Shown in pieces: positions 10,468-19,945 of a stretch of DNA of 64,000 bases; position 1 is the stretch's first letter; every line of letters starts with the position of its first letter. The DNA is from an uncultured Bacteroidota bacterium (lineage in GTDB: Bacteria; Bacteroidota; Bacteroidia; Bacteroidales; DTGW01), in contig CAWEFA010000124.1 of assembly GCA_963808135.1 (NCBI GenBank), forward strand, positions 62,101 through 126,100, written 5' to 3'. The position numbers were made by a program, and so were the translations under genes. The notes under the pieces are model-generated. The model searched no databases. It was not told the origin of the DNA and was given only the letters and a program-made list of their open reading frames with translations.

Positions 10468-10500
10468 ACAAAAGAACCAATCTCTCTTTTTTAATTTTGT

Positions 10501-10508
10501 TATTTTTG
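10501..10508 (+). promoter_or_regulatory. Candidate -7 box TATTTTTG for the DUF1343 gene
   Basis: TAnnTTTG match 52 nt upstream of the predicted start at 10560. Confidence 0.4.
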
Positions 10509-10559
10509 TAAAATTTATAAAATTAAAATTGGTTCAATAATTCTTTTTATTTTTATTAC

Positions 10560-11762
10560 TTGAACAACCCTATTATTAATATAAAACACAAAAAATATTT
10601 CCGTTTTGAGAAGTTTATAATCTTAGCAGTAAGTTTTATTTTTTTTGTGCAAGCTTTTGAGTCTGTCAAATCTCAAAATATAATTCCGGCTGCATACAGG
10701 ACTGAAGAATATTTCCCTCTATTAATGGGCAGATCAATAGCGTTGGTGGGCAACCAGGCTTCAAAATTAGGTCGAATACATATTTTAGATACATTAATTA
10801 AAAGCGGGATAACCATTCGAAAAATTTTTTGTCCCGAACATGGGTTTCGTGGAAATATTGGCGCGGGTGAAAAAGTAAAATCAACGACAGATTCTTTAAC
10901 TGGTATCCGCATTATTTCGCTTTATGGCAAGCATATAAAGCCAAAAGCAGATGAACTGGCCGATGTAGACGTTGTGTTATTTGATATCCAGGATGTGGGT
11001 GTTCGTTTTTATACATATATTTCCACCCTTCACTATATAATGGAAGCCTGCGCTGAAAACAAGAAAAAACTTGTATTGCTGGATAGGCCTAATCCGAATG
11101 GGTTTTATATTGACGGCCCAGTTTTAGACATGAAATACAAATCATTTGCTGGCATCCATCCTGTGCCGGTTGTTTATGGTATGACAATCGGGGAATATGC
11201 CCTTATGATAAACGGAGAAAAATGGCTGAAGAATAAAATGCAATGCAACCTTACAGTTATTGCATGTTTAAATTATAACCATAACAGCCGGTATATTCTT
11301 CCTGAGCGCCCTTCCCCAAATTTGCCAAACATGCAGGCTGTATACCTGTACCCTTCGCTGGCTTTGTTCGAAGGGACTTGCATAAATGTTGGCCGGGGAA
11401 CTTCTTTCCCTTTCCAGGTTTTCGGTCACCCGCAATTGCAACATTGCAATTTTGCTTATATTCCCCTCAGCATGCCTGAATCGCGAAAACCGCTCCATCA
11501 AAACGAATTATGTAACGGATTTGATTTAAGGCAAACCATTTTGCCCGATTCAGATAAATTCACAATTAAGTGGCTGATTTTCGCATACAAGAATTCGCCT
11601 GAGAACCAGAACTTTTTTAATAATTATTTCTACAACTTATGTGGAAACCGGGAACTTGAAAAACAAATAATAAATGGCTTAAGCGAGGAAGAAATTAAAG
11701 ATAGCTGGAAAGCAGATATTAAAAAATTTATAGCCATTAGGGCTAAGTATCTGATATATTAA
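10560..11762 (+). CDS. DUF1343-family protein (NamZ/YbbC-like exo-muramidase family)
   Basis: 400 aa with a TTG start in the track. N-terminal signal-like segment and family-typical IALVGNQAS...CPEHGFRG. Confidence 0.7.
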   Translation: MNNPIINIKHKKYFRFEKFIILAVSFIFFVQAFESVKSQNIIPAAYRTEEYFPLLMGRSIALVGNQASKLGRIHILDTLIKSGITIRKIFCPEHGFRGNIGAGEKVKSTTDSLTGIRIISLYGKHIKPKADELADVDVVLFDIQDVGVRFYTYISTLHYIMEACAENKKKLVLLDRPNPNGFYIDGPVLDMKYKSFAGIHPVPVVYGMTIGEYALMINGEKWLKNKMQCNLTVIACLNYNHNSRYILPERPSPNLPNMQAVYLYPSLALFEGTCINVGRGTSFPFQVFGHPQLQHCNFAYIPLSMPESRKPLHQNELCNGFDLRQTILPDSDKFTIKWLIFAYKNSPENQNFFNNYFYNLCGNRELEKQIINGLSEEEIKDSWKADIKKFIAIRAKYLIY

Positions 11763-11924
11763 ATTCATTCTAAATTATTAAATATCTGGCTATTTGTTAT
11801 ATATTGTTATCTCGAACATTGTTTAAACTTGCCCCATCCTTCATCTTCAATTTATTTTAAATTTAAGCTTAAAATCATAGTTCAAGACAATTAAATAAAA
11901 ACTTGATTTTTAAATAAATATTTT

Positions 11925-11932
11925 TACTTTTG
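11925..11932 (+). promoter_or_regulatory. Candidate -7 box TACTTTTG with CTTG 19 nt upstream
   Basis: TAnnTTTG match. It would give a leader of about 210 nt ahead of trpB2. Confidence 0.3.
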
Positions 11933-12150
11933 AAAGGCAGTGGTTTCTTTTAATTAAAATATCTGTAGTTAGATAAAACTGTTGGATTTAAAGGCATTAT
12001 AAGTGAATTATTAGAAACATTAAATTAAATTATTTTCATTTGCATGGTACGTTAGAAGAATTTATTGCCAATTTTATTTTTTTTGAATTTAAATATTATA
12101 AATACTAAATTAAACTAAATAAATTGTTGTTAAACCATTATTAATTAACT

Positions 12151-13545
12151 ATGAGCAAGATTAACAAAGTAAATCTCGAAATTAAAGATATACCAAAACA
12201 ATGGTATAATCTTGCAGCTGATCTGCCTTCGCCAATGCAGCCGCCTTTGGGTCCTGATGGCAAGCCTGTAACACCCGACATGTTGGCTCCGGTATTTCCG
12301 ATGAATCTTATTGAACAAGAAGTAAGCACCAAACGATGGATTGATATTCCAGAAGGTGTTTTGGATCTGCTTTATCGATGGAGGCCTTCCCCACTGCATA
12401 GGGCTGTTCACTTGGAAAAAGCGTTAGGTACGCCCGCTAAAATTTATTATAAAAATGAAAGTTTATCTCCGGCAGGCAGCCATAAGCCAAATACTGCAGT
12501 TGCACAGGCATGGTATAATAAAGAATTTGGCATTAAAAAGATAGTAACTGAAACAGGAGCCGGACAATGGGGAAGCGCCCTTGCTTTTGCATGTGCCCTG
12601 TTAAACCTTGAATGTAAGGTTTATATGGTTCGTATAAGCTTTGACCAAAAGCCATTTAGAAAGCTGATGATGCAAACCTGGGGAGCTACCTGTATTGCAA
12701 GCCCAAGCACTATGACAAATGCCGGGCGCGCTATTCTTGAAAAAGACCCTGACACTCCAGGCAGCTTAGGAATTGCTATCAGCGAGGCTATTGAAGAAGC
12801 TGTAACTGATCCGGGTGGAAAAACCAGGTATGCATTAGGCAGTGTATTGAACCATGTAATGCTACATCAGACAATTATTGGCCTCGAAGCAAAAATTCAA
12901 TTAAAAAAATTTGGTGAAAAAAAGGTAGATGTAGTTATAGGATGTGCCGGCGGCGGTAGCAATTTTGCTGGCCTGTCATTTCCATTTGTTTGCGATAAAA
13001 TACATGGTGCTAAAATTGATATTATCCCGGTTGAGCCATCCTCTTGTCCTACAATGACAAAAGCGCCGTTTATGTACGACCATGGCGATACGGCAAAAAT
13101 GACGCCATTGTTACCAATGCACAGTTTAGGCCATACATTTATTCCAGCCCCTATTCATGCTGGAGGCTTACGCTATCATGGCATGTCGCCATTAGTAAGC
13201 CAGGCTATTGTTGAAGGCCTGGTAACTCCTTTAGCCATTAATCAAACAGAATGTTACGAATCAGCTTTACTCTTTGCCAAAACCGAAGGTATCATTCCTG
13301 CTCCTGAAACCAGCCATGCTATTGCCGCTACAATCAGGGAAGCTAAAAAAGCAAAGGAAGAAGGCAAAGAAAAAGTGATTTTATTTAATTTCTCAGGACA
13401 CGGATTAATGGATTTAGTCGGATACGACAAGTTTTTGCGTGGCGAATTAACTGACTACGAACTGCCGCAAAACGAAATAAACCGTTTCCTCGAACCGCTT
13501 AAAAATTTGCCTAAACCGGAAGTTCATAAAACCGGCAAGTGGTAA
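12151..13545 (+). CDS. trpB2: TrpB-like PLP-dependent enzyme (tryptophan synthase beta chain 2 family)
   Basis: 464 aa. PLP-lysine context SPAGSHKPNTA, GGGSNFAG and the long N-terminal extension typical of TrpB2. Confidence 0.8.
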   Translation: MSKINKVNLEIKDIPKQWYNLAADLPSPMQPPLGPDGKPVTPDMLAPVFPMNLIEQEVSTKRWIDIPEGVLDLLYRWRPSPLHRAVHLEKALGTPAKIYYKNESLSPAGSHKPNTAVAQAWYNKEFGIKKIVTETGAGQWGSALAFACALLNLECKVYMVRISFDQKPFRKLMMQTWGATCIASPSTMTNAGRAILEKDPDTPGSLGIAISEAIEEAVTDPGGKTRYALGSVLNHVMLHQTIIGLEAKIQLKKFGEKKVDVVIGCAGGGSNFAGLSFPFVCDKIHGAKIDIIPVEPSSCPTMTKAPFMYDHGDTAKMTPLLPMHSLGHTFIPAPIHAGGLRYHGMSPLVSQAIVEGLVTPLAINQTECYESALLFAKTEGIIPAPETSHAIAATIREAKKAKEEGKEKVILFNFSGHGLMDLVGYDKFLRGELTDYELPQNEINRFLEPLKNLPKPEVHKTGKW

Positions 13546-13563
13546 GAATAACCTTAATAATTC

Positions 13564-13601
13564 AAAACCCGGAATAAATATTAAATTTTTCCGGGTTTTT
13601 T
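13564..13601 (+). terminator. Intrinsic terminator after trpB2 (possibly bidirectional)
   Basis: ACCCGGAA / TTCCGGGT stem followed by a T-run. Confidence 0.7.
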
Positions 13602-13637
13602 ATGGTAATTACAAATTACCACTTTAAAATATTGAAT

Positions 13638-14006
13638 TTAATTTGTGATAACCGGTTCATCTTCTTTCAAATAAAGCGCTTCGGGAACTTTTTCGCCTGT
13701 CCTGATTCGTATAACATCTCCTATGTCTGAAACAAAAATTTTGCCATCACCAATAATGCCTGTTTGTGCAGCTCTTATGATTGCGTCAATTGTTTTCTGT
13801 GCATTCTGGTCGCGCACTATAATAGATAACATTCTTCTTTGTATACGGTTAGCTTCAAACACTGCTCCTCTATAAATATGTCCTTCGGTTTCTTTTCCAA
13901 CTCCCGTAACATCCCAATACGTAAAAAACTGTATATCCACATCATGCAAAGCTATTTTCACATCTTCAAATTTTGCTTTACGAATAATTGCTTCAATTTT
14001 TTTCAT
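13638..14006 (-). CDS. P-II family nitrogen regulator (copy 1, stand-alone)
   Basis: 122 aa. MKKIEAIIR..., T-loop-like GVGKETEGHIYRGA and B-loop TGIIGDGKIFV. Confidence 0.85.
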   Translation of the reverse strand: MKKIEAIIRKAKFEDVKIALHDVDIQFFTYWDVTGVGKETEGHIYRGAVFEANRIQRRMLSIIVRDQNAQKTIDAIIRAAQTGIIGDGKIFVSDIGDVIRIRTGEKVPEALYLKEDEPVITN

Positions 14007-14056
14007 TTTAATAAACTATTAATTTAAAATTGTTACTAATCCACATTTTATAAATG

Positions 14057-14064
14057 CAAATTTA
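14057..14064 (-). promoter_or_regulatory. Candidate -7 box TAAATTTG for P-II copy 1
   Basis: TAnnTTTG match 51 nt upstream of the ATG at 14006. Confidence 0.35.
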
Positions 14065-14254
14065 AGATAAATTTTTAAATTTTAAAGATTCTGCTGATTA
14101 TTATTTATTGATTTACAATTAGATATGAAGTATAAAAATGGGTAATAAAAATGAATTTCTATGTTTTTAGCTGTTATAGCACATATTTACATAAGGTATA
14201 AAGTCAAAATAATATATTTGAATTTTACACCTTATGTAAATTTAGGGGATAATT

Positions 14255-14292
14255 AAAAAAAACGGAAAATTATTAATTCTCCGTTTTTTTTT
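14255..14292 (-). terminator. Intrinsic terminator after ammonium transporter 1
   Basis: AACGGA / TCCGTT stem flanked by an A-run and a T-run. Confidence 0.55.
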
Positions 14293-14371
14293 CTTTATTT
14301 CTTTTTTATTAGAAATACCATAAAAAATTGTCAATAATAATCATTAATTGCTTATTACTATTTTTAAATTA

Positions 14372-15749
14372 TCATTCAGCTTCGGTATAGGCAATTTCTT
14401 CATGCTGGCTAATGTCCAAACCATCATTTTCCTCTGAAACACTTGCTCTGATGCCAAATAATTTATCTACAATTTTATAAAGTATAAAAGTCAGCAACAA
14501 GCAATAAATAGCTGAAACACCGACTGCCAATGCCTGAATACCAAATTGTCTGGGATTTCCATATAATACTCCGCTATAAGCTTTTTGAATTGCAGGATTA
14601 GCAAATACACCAACCAATAACGAGCCTAATATACCTGCAACTCCGTGCACACCAAAAACATCTAATGAATCGTCATATTTAAATTTAATTTTTACAGTTC
14701 CTACCATTATATAACAAGTTATAGCGCTTACAATGCTTATAACAAAAGCAGCCTGAAGATTAACAAAGCCTGCAGTTGGTGTTATAGCAGCCAGCCCTGC
14801 AACAGCACCTGTACAAAATCCCACAGTAGTTGGCTTTTTATTAATTATCCAGTCTAAAATAACCCATGTCATTGCGGCAGTAGATGCTGCAATGTGTGTT
14901 ACAAGAAAAGCATTAGCCGCTACCCCGTCAGCAGCTAGTCCCACTTCCTGCATTAAATCCAAACCAACCGACCCACAATAATCCTGTTCCAATAACTACA
15001 AAGGGAATATTATGTGGTGAAACAGAAAATCCATCTTCATAATATTTTCTTCTTCCAATCATTATTGCCATAACGAGAGCCGATAAGCCTGCTGACAAAT
15101 GAACAACAATACCGCCTGCAAAATCCAAAACGCCCATCTTATTGAGCCAGCCGTCGGAGGACCAAATCCAATGTGCTAAAGGATTGTAAACCAATATGGC
15201 CCATAATAAACTAAATACTAAAAACCCTTTGAATTTAATGCGTTCAGCAAATGCGCCTATTATTAATGCAGGAGTAATTACTGCAAACATGCACTGGTAT
15301 AATACAAATACCAAATGAGGTATCGGTTGTTGAGGCATTGAAACCATATATGGACTGGCATCGTTCACCCCGATACCATTAAGAAAAGCCCATTTAAACC
15401 CTCCAATATACGGAGATAATAGCCCGTTTGATGAACCAAATGCATTACTATACCCAAAAATCACCCATTCAATGCTTATTGCCGCTGTTAAAATGAAACA
15501 TTGCATTAATATATTCAATACGTTTTTTCTACGTACAAGACCACCATAAAATAAAGCTAATCCCGGAATTGTCATCATCAGCACAAAGGCAGTTGAAACC
15601 AACATCCATGCCGTATTTCCAATATTAATTGAGGGCGAAGCTGTACTTACATTTCCGTTTTGAGCTAAAATACTTGTTAAAATTGAAGGTATAAATAGCA
15701 GAATTAAACATAATAAAACCTTTTTGAACAGAATTTTATTCATGACCAT
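14372..15749 (-). pseudogene. amt: AmtB-type ammonium transporter 1 with one frame disruption (fragments 14928-15749 and 14372-14992)
   Basis: The fragments align end to end with the intact paralogue at 16023-17453 (GWFGFNAGSG / LAADGVAANAFLVTH). Deleting one base near 14936-14942 restores the frame. Confidence 0.85.
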
Positions 15750-15802
15750 ATCCTTTCCAATAATTAGTTAATAAACTTTCCTTAATTTTTCCTTTCCGGC
15801 GA

Positions 15803-15810
15803 CAAAAATA
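15803..15810 (-). promoter_or_regulatory. Candidate -7 box TATTTTTG(TC) for ammonium transporter 1
   Basis: TAnnTTTG match 54 nt upstream of the ATG at 15749. Confidence 0.4.
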
Positions 15811-15944
15811 AAATCTTTTTTAAATAAAATTCAGTATATTTTAATTTATTTAATCATATTTCAATTTTAACCATACATATTAGGTATTTGATTTTATATT
15901 TTAATATTGTTTTTATTGTGAATATATATTTTAAAGGGGTATAA

Positions 15945-15980
15945 TAAAAAACGGAGATATTTATAAAAATATCTCCGTTA
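15945..15980 (-). terminator. Intrinsic terminator after ammonium transporter 2
   Basis: Perfect 13-bp stem AACGGAGATATTT (15950-15962) / AAATATCTCCGTT (15967-15979), a 4-nt loop, then a T-run on the minus strand. Confidence 0.8.
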
Positions 15981-16022
15981 ACCGAACTGCGTTGAAAACT
16001 AATTATTGGAAAGGATCAAGGA

Positions 16023-17453
16023 TTACTCAGCTTCGGTATATGCAATTTCATTATGCTGTGAAATATCAAGACCTGTGGCTTCTTCATCAGCAGTAGCCCT
16101 AACCCCTAACGTTAAATCAACTATTTTAAACAAAATGGCAGTTATCACTGAAGTATATATAATTGTAGCAACAACAGCGATTACCTGTATCCCGAATTGT
16201 TTTGGGTTGCCATAAAACGCGCCGCTACAAGCGCTTTGCACTGTAGCAGTAGCAAATAATCCGGTTGCAAGCGCACCCCACAAACCGCCTATACCATGAA
16301 CGCCAAATGCATCAAGAGAATCATCATAACCAAATTTTGGTTTTACAATACCTACCATAATAAAACAAAATACTGAAACCAATAAACCTATTACTAAAGC
16401 TCCGGTGACATCAACAAAACCAGATGCAGGTGTAATGGCAACCAAACCTGCAACAGCTCCGGTGCAGATTCCAACAATGGTAGGTTTTTTATTTATAAAC
16501 CAATCTAACAACGCCCACGATAATGCAGCCGCAGCAGTTGCAACGTGTGTTACAAGAAAAGCGCTTGCTGCAAGGCCATCAGAAGCCAATCCGCTCCCTG
16601 CATTAAAACCAAACCATCCTACCCACAAAAGTGCAGCACCGATTAATACAAGGGGTATACTATGCGGCTGTGTTCCGTGTCCGTTAACATATCTTCGTTT
16701 ACCAATCATTAATGCAGTAACAAGCGCAGCAAAGCCTGCATTGATATGAACAACCGTACCACCTGCAAAATCGAGCGCACCTAATTTTAATAGCCAACCA
16801 TCAGATGACCAAACCCAGTGGGCAACAGGGTTGTAAACAAAAAGCGCCCATAAAATAGTAAAAATCAGAAAGCCGCGAAACTTAATCCGTTCTGCAAATG
16901 CACCTATAATTAACGCGGGTGTAATTACTGCAAACATACATTGAAACAGAATAAAAACTAAATGAGGTATTGTGCCGATTGTTCCTCCTCCCGGAGCCGC
17001 TTGTGAATGCGAAACAAAGTATGGGCTTAAATCGGTAATTTTAATCCCTTTCAGAAAAGCCCAATCAAATCCACCGATATATGGAGCAAGAAAACCCTTT
17101 GACGATCCAAAAGCCATGCTGTAACCTATAATTACCCATTCTAAAGTAATTACAGCCGTTATAATGAAACACTGCATAAGAACGTTGAGAACATTTTTAC
17201 GACGCACCAGACCGCCATAAAACAAGGCAAGGCCAGGAATTGTCATTAGTAATACTAAAACTGTAGCCACAATCATCCAGGCTGTATCACCTGAATCGAC
17301 TTTGGGAGCAACTATCGTTGTAACATTAGTTGCTATAGGTTTAATCATTGTACCTGCTGTTTTTGTTGTATCCTGGGCATAAATATTGTTCCCAATAAAG
17401 CAAAAGATTAACATTGAGCAGACACTTATATATTTTAATATTCTTGTTTTCAT
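16023..17453 (-). CDS. amt: AmtB-type ammonium transporter 2
   Basis: 476 aa with a signal peptide. LMTIPGLALFYGGLVRRKN, GWFGFNAGS and HGIGG motifs. Confidence 0.9.
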   Translation of the reverse strand: MKTRILKYISVCSMLIFCFIGNNIYAQDTTKTAGTMIKPIATNVTTIVAPKVDSGDTAWMIVATVLVLLMTIPGLALFYGGLVRRKNVLNVLMQCFIITAVITLEWVIIGYSMAFGSSKGFLAPYIGGFDWAFLKGIKITDLSPYFVSHSQAAPGGGTIGTIPHLVFILFQCMFAVITPALIIGAFAERIKFRGFLIFTILWALFVYNPVAHWVWSSDGWLLKLGALDFAGGTVVHINAGFAALVTALMIGKRRYVNGHGTQPHSIPLVLIGAALLWVGWFGFNAGSGLASDGLAASAFLVTHVATAAAALSWALLDWFINKKPTIVGICTGAVAGLVAITPASGFVDVTGALVIGLLVSVFCFIMVGIVKPKFGYDDSLDAFGVHGIGGLWGALATGLFATATVQSACSGAFYGNPKQFGIQVIAVVATIIYTSVITAILFKIVDLTLGVRATADEEATGLDISQHNEIAYTEAE

Positions 17454-17499
17454 GATTTTTACTTTTTTAAATTCAAAATTATTTTTAACGAATTGGCAT

Positions 17500-17856
17500 T
17501 TATGATTCTTCTCCTTTTAAAAACAAAGCTTCAGGCCCTTTCTCGCCATTTCTTATGCGATATACCTCAAGTATGTCTGAAATAAAAATCTTTCCATCAC
17601 CCAATTCGCCTGTCTTGGCTGAATTAACAATTGCATTTACTGTTTTTTCTAAATTTTGATCCCTAACGATAATAGACAGATTCAAACGTTGGATTTTACT
17701 GGTATCGTAGGATTTGCCTCTAAAAATAATTTTTTCGGTTTCTTTTCCAATACCTGTCGCATCCCAATAAGTAAAAAAATGGATATCGATGTCTTGTAAT
17801 GCTTTTTTTACATCCTCGAACTTCGATTTGCGAATAATTGCTTCAATTTTTTTCAT
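17500..17856 (-). CDS. glnK: P-II family nitrogen regulator (copy 2, directly upstream of amt 2)
   Basis: 118 aa. Same fold signature as copy 1, with Phe in place of the T-loop Tyr (IIFRGKS). Confidence 0.85.
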   Translation of the reverse strand: MKKIEAIIRKSKFEDVKKALQDIDIHFFTYWDATGIGKETEKIIFRGKSYDTSKIQRLNLSIIVRDQNLEKTVNAIVNSAKTGELGDGKIFISDILEVYRIRNGEKGPEALFLKGEES

Positions 17857-17907
17857 ACCCTCTTTATTAATTAATAATTATAGTTTAAAAATCTTCCGTT
17901 TAAAAGT

Positions 17908-17937
17908 AAAAAACAATATCGATCGATATTGTTTTTT
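17908..17937. promoter_or_regulatory. Perfect 30-bp palindrome AAAAAACAATATCGA|TCGATATTGTTTTTT
   Basis: Exact reverse-complement symmetry checked base by base. It starts 7 nt downstream of the candidate -7 box and ends 52 nt upstream of the P-II copy 2 ATG. Confidence 0.6.
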
Positions 17938-17943
17938 ATCTGA

Positions 17944-17951
17944 CAAAAATA
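17944..17951 (-). promoter_or_regulatory. Candidate -7 box TATTTTTG(TC) for the P-II 2 / amt 2 operon
   Basis: TAnnTTTG match. The extended form is the same as upstream of amt 1 and the porin-like gene. Confidence 0.4.
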
Positions 17952-18577
17952 TATATTTTTTCTTTTATTGCCTACTTTTTTGTATTTATTTTATATATAT
18001 TTTTATTCTTTATAATTTTTTTGTATTTTTATTAGGGGTAAATATATGTTTTTATATATTATTTTAATTATGCACCTTTTTTTTGTAATTGTTTCCTATT
18101 TTATAAATTGATTTGTAAATGTTTATAAATAATCATAATAATATTTAATATTGTTATCTTTTTATCTATAATAATTTCAAATTAAAATTAAAAAATGATT
18201 AATAGATTAAATTTTATATTTTTTCTCTTTTTAGATTGTTTTTTAATCCATTATCCAATTAACTAACCATGCAATTATAAATTTTTGTTTCTAAATTTAA
18301 ATTGAATACTTTTTTGTATAATCACAGAATCATATTTTCATTCTTTCTGAATTTGTTTAGCACTTAATTTTAAGAAATTTGATTTAGCATTATGATAATT
18401 TGATTGCCAACCTATTATTGAAAGCATTGCAAAAAAAATATTAACATAGATTATTGTTCCATTCCTTGATTTTTTAACTCTACACTAAGATCATCAAAAA
18501 AGGGATAAAATTTTATTTATTTTTATCAGCGCTCGTATTATTGTTCTTTGCCTCTATTTAAAAAATTAGATTGCTTT

Positions 18578-19945
18578 TTAACGGATAAATAAGAATTGAA
18601 CAAAAATAAATATAGGTAACAGGATTAAAAGAGACAATGCCATGTAGCCAAAAAACGATGGCATTTTAATATTATTCTCTTCGGCAATTGCCTTAATCAT
18701 CATGTTTGGAGCGTTGCCAATATAAGTAATTGCCCCCATAAATGATGTGCCTGCAGTTATTGCGATAAGTGTTGTTGGTATAACATTGGTCATAAATAAA
18801 TTTGGCGCCATATGTAAGGCAGAAGCAGGAGTGGCAGCAGTTTTAAAAAAAACCAGGTATGCAGGAGCACTGTCGAGGAAGGCCGATAATCCGCCGGAAA
18901 GCCAATAATACATGCCGTTTGCCGGATGACCTTCTTTATTTGTCAAGCTATTAATAATAAAACTCATCGTCCCTTCTTTTCCGGCGCTCAGCATGGCAAT
19001 AAGCGGAGCCATACATATAAAAATTGCCATAAATAATTTTCCTACTTCTATAATCGGGCGCCAGGTAAAATTATTCAGCGACCTTATTTCTTTAGTGGTT
19101 ATATTTACAGAGACAAAAGTAATAGTAAGCAATAATAATATTTCTATTAGTTCGCTTAAAGGAATAGGTACATGGTAAAGAATAAACGCTGTGCCAAAAT
19201 CAAAACTCGAAAGAACTACCACAAATATTGTAAAAACCAGCAATATTATATTCCATATACCGTCAATACGTATTTTACTTTTAACCTTGTATATTGGTTT
19301 AACAGGTTCTTTTTTATAATATATTAAATCGATAATATAGTAAATGACAATAAGCAAGATTGTAACCAGGGCAGTGGGAACAAGCAATTTACTTATTGGC
19401 CAGAAAAAAGGGACTTTGTTTATGAAACCCATTAGTAATGGTGGGTTTCCAAAGGGAGTAAGTGAACCTCCAATGTTGCCAACAATAAATATAAAAAATA
19501 CAATTGTATGAACTTTATATTTTCTCCATGAATTTGCCTGGATAATCATCCTTATTAGTAGAACAGCTGTACCTATAGTTCCCAGCCAACTAGAAATGAT
19601 TGCCCCGATAAATAATAATATTACATTAACTTTTGGGGTTCCATCATGTTCGCCTTCAAGAGCAATACCGCCAGTTATTGTAAATACTGCAAGTAATAAA
19701 AAAATAAATGGAAAAAATTGATCGAACATGACCGAAAGAAAAGTAATAAAGCTTGTGCCTGGCCCTTGTGAAATTCCGATACCTGTTAATACAATGACAC
19801 TCCAGAACAAGGCGACTTTTCCATAATGTTTTCTCCAGAAATCAGGCAGCAATAATGGAAACAACGCAATTGACAAGATAATACCCAAAAATGGCAAACC
19901 CCAAAACGGTGACAAGATTGAACCATTTAATCCGGTATTTATCAT
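18578..19945 (-). CDS. Ion-transporter-superfamily permease (ArsB/NhaD-like, sodium:proton antiporter-like)
   Basis: 455 aa, polytopic with more than 10 TM segments. N-terminus ...LPFLGIILSIALFPLLLPDFWRKHYGK is typical of this family. Confidence 0.6.
   Translation of the reverse strand: MINTGLNGSILSPFWGLPFLGIILSIALFPLLLPDFWRKHYGKVALFWSVIVLTGIGISQGPGTSFITFLSVMFDQFFPFIFLLLAVFTITGGIALEGEHDGTPKVNVILLFIGAIISSWLGTIGTAVLLIRMIIQANSWRKYKVHTIVFFIFIVGNIGGSLTPFGNPPLLMGFINKVPFFWPISKLLVPTALVTILLIVIYYIIDLIYYKKEPVKPIYKVKSKIRIDGIWNIILLVFTIFVVVLSSFDFGTAFILYHVPIPLSELIEILLLLTITFVSVNITTKEIRSLNNFTWRPIIEVGKLFMAIFICMAPLIAMLSAGKEGTMSFIINSLTNKEGHPANGMYYWLSGGLSAFLDSAPAYLVFFKTAATPASALHMAPNLFMTNVIPTTLIAITAGTSFMGAITYIGNAPNMMIKAIAEENNIKMPSFFGYMALSLLILLPIFIFVQFLFIR

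Noticed and set aside
11763-12150. Trp leader-peptide attenuator or Bacteroid-trp-like motif upstream of trpB2
   Set aside because: No short ORF with tandem TGG codons and no convincing terminator/antiterminator pair was found. Only a candidate promoter box was seen.
14241-14256. G-tract boxes (GGGGATAAT at 14245, GGGGTATAAT at 15936, GGGGTAAAT at 18035 and the reverse complement of CCCCC at 23080) as a shared nitrogen-regulator site
   Set aside because: Orientation is inconsistent relative to the genes. Two of the four are explained by duplication of the amt 3' flank. The motif is too short and degenerate to call without genome-wide statistics.
17789-18067. 92-aa + strand ORF of low complexity (Phe/Ile/Leu/Tyr rich)
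   Set aside because: It starts in antisense within the P-II gene and runs through an AT-rich spacer. Its composition reflects AT bias rather than coding.
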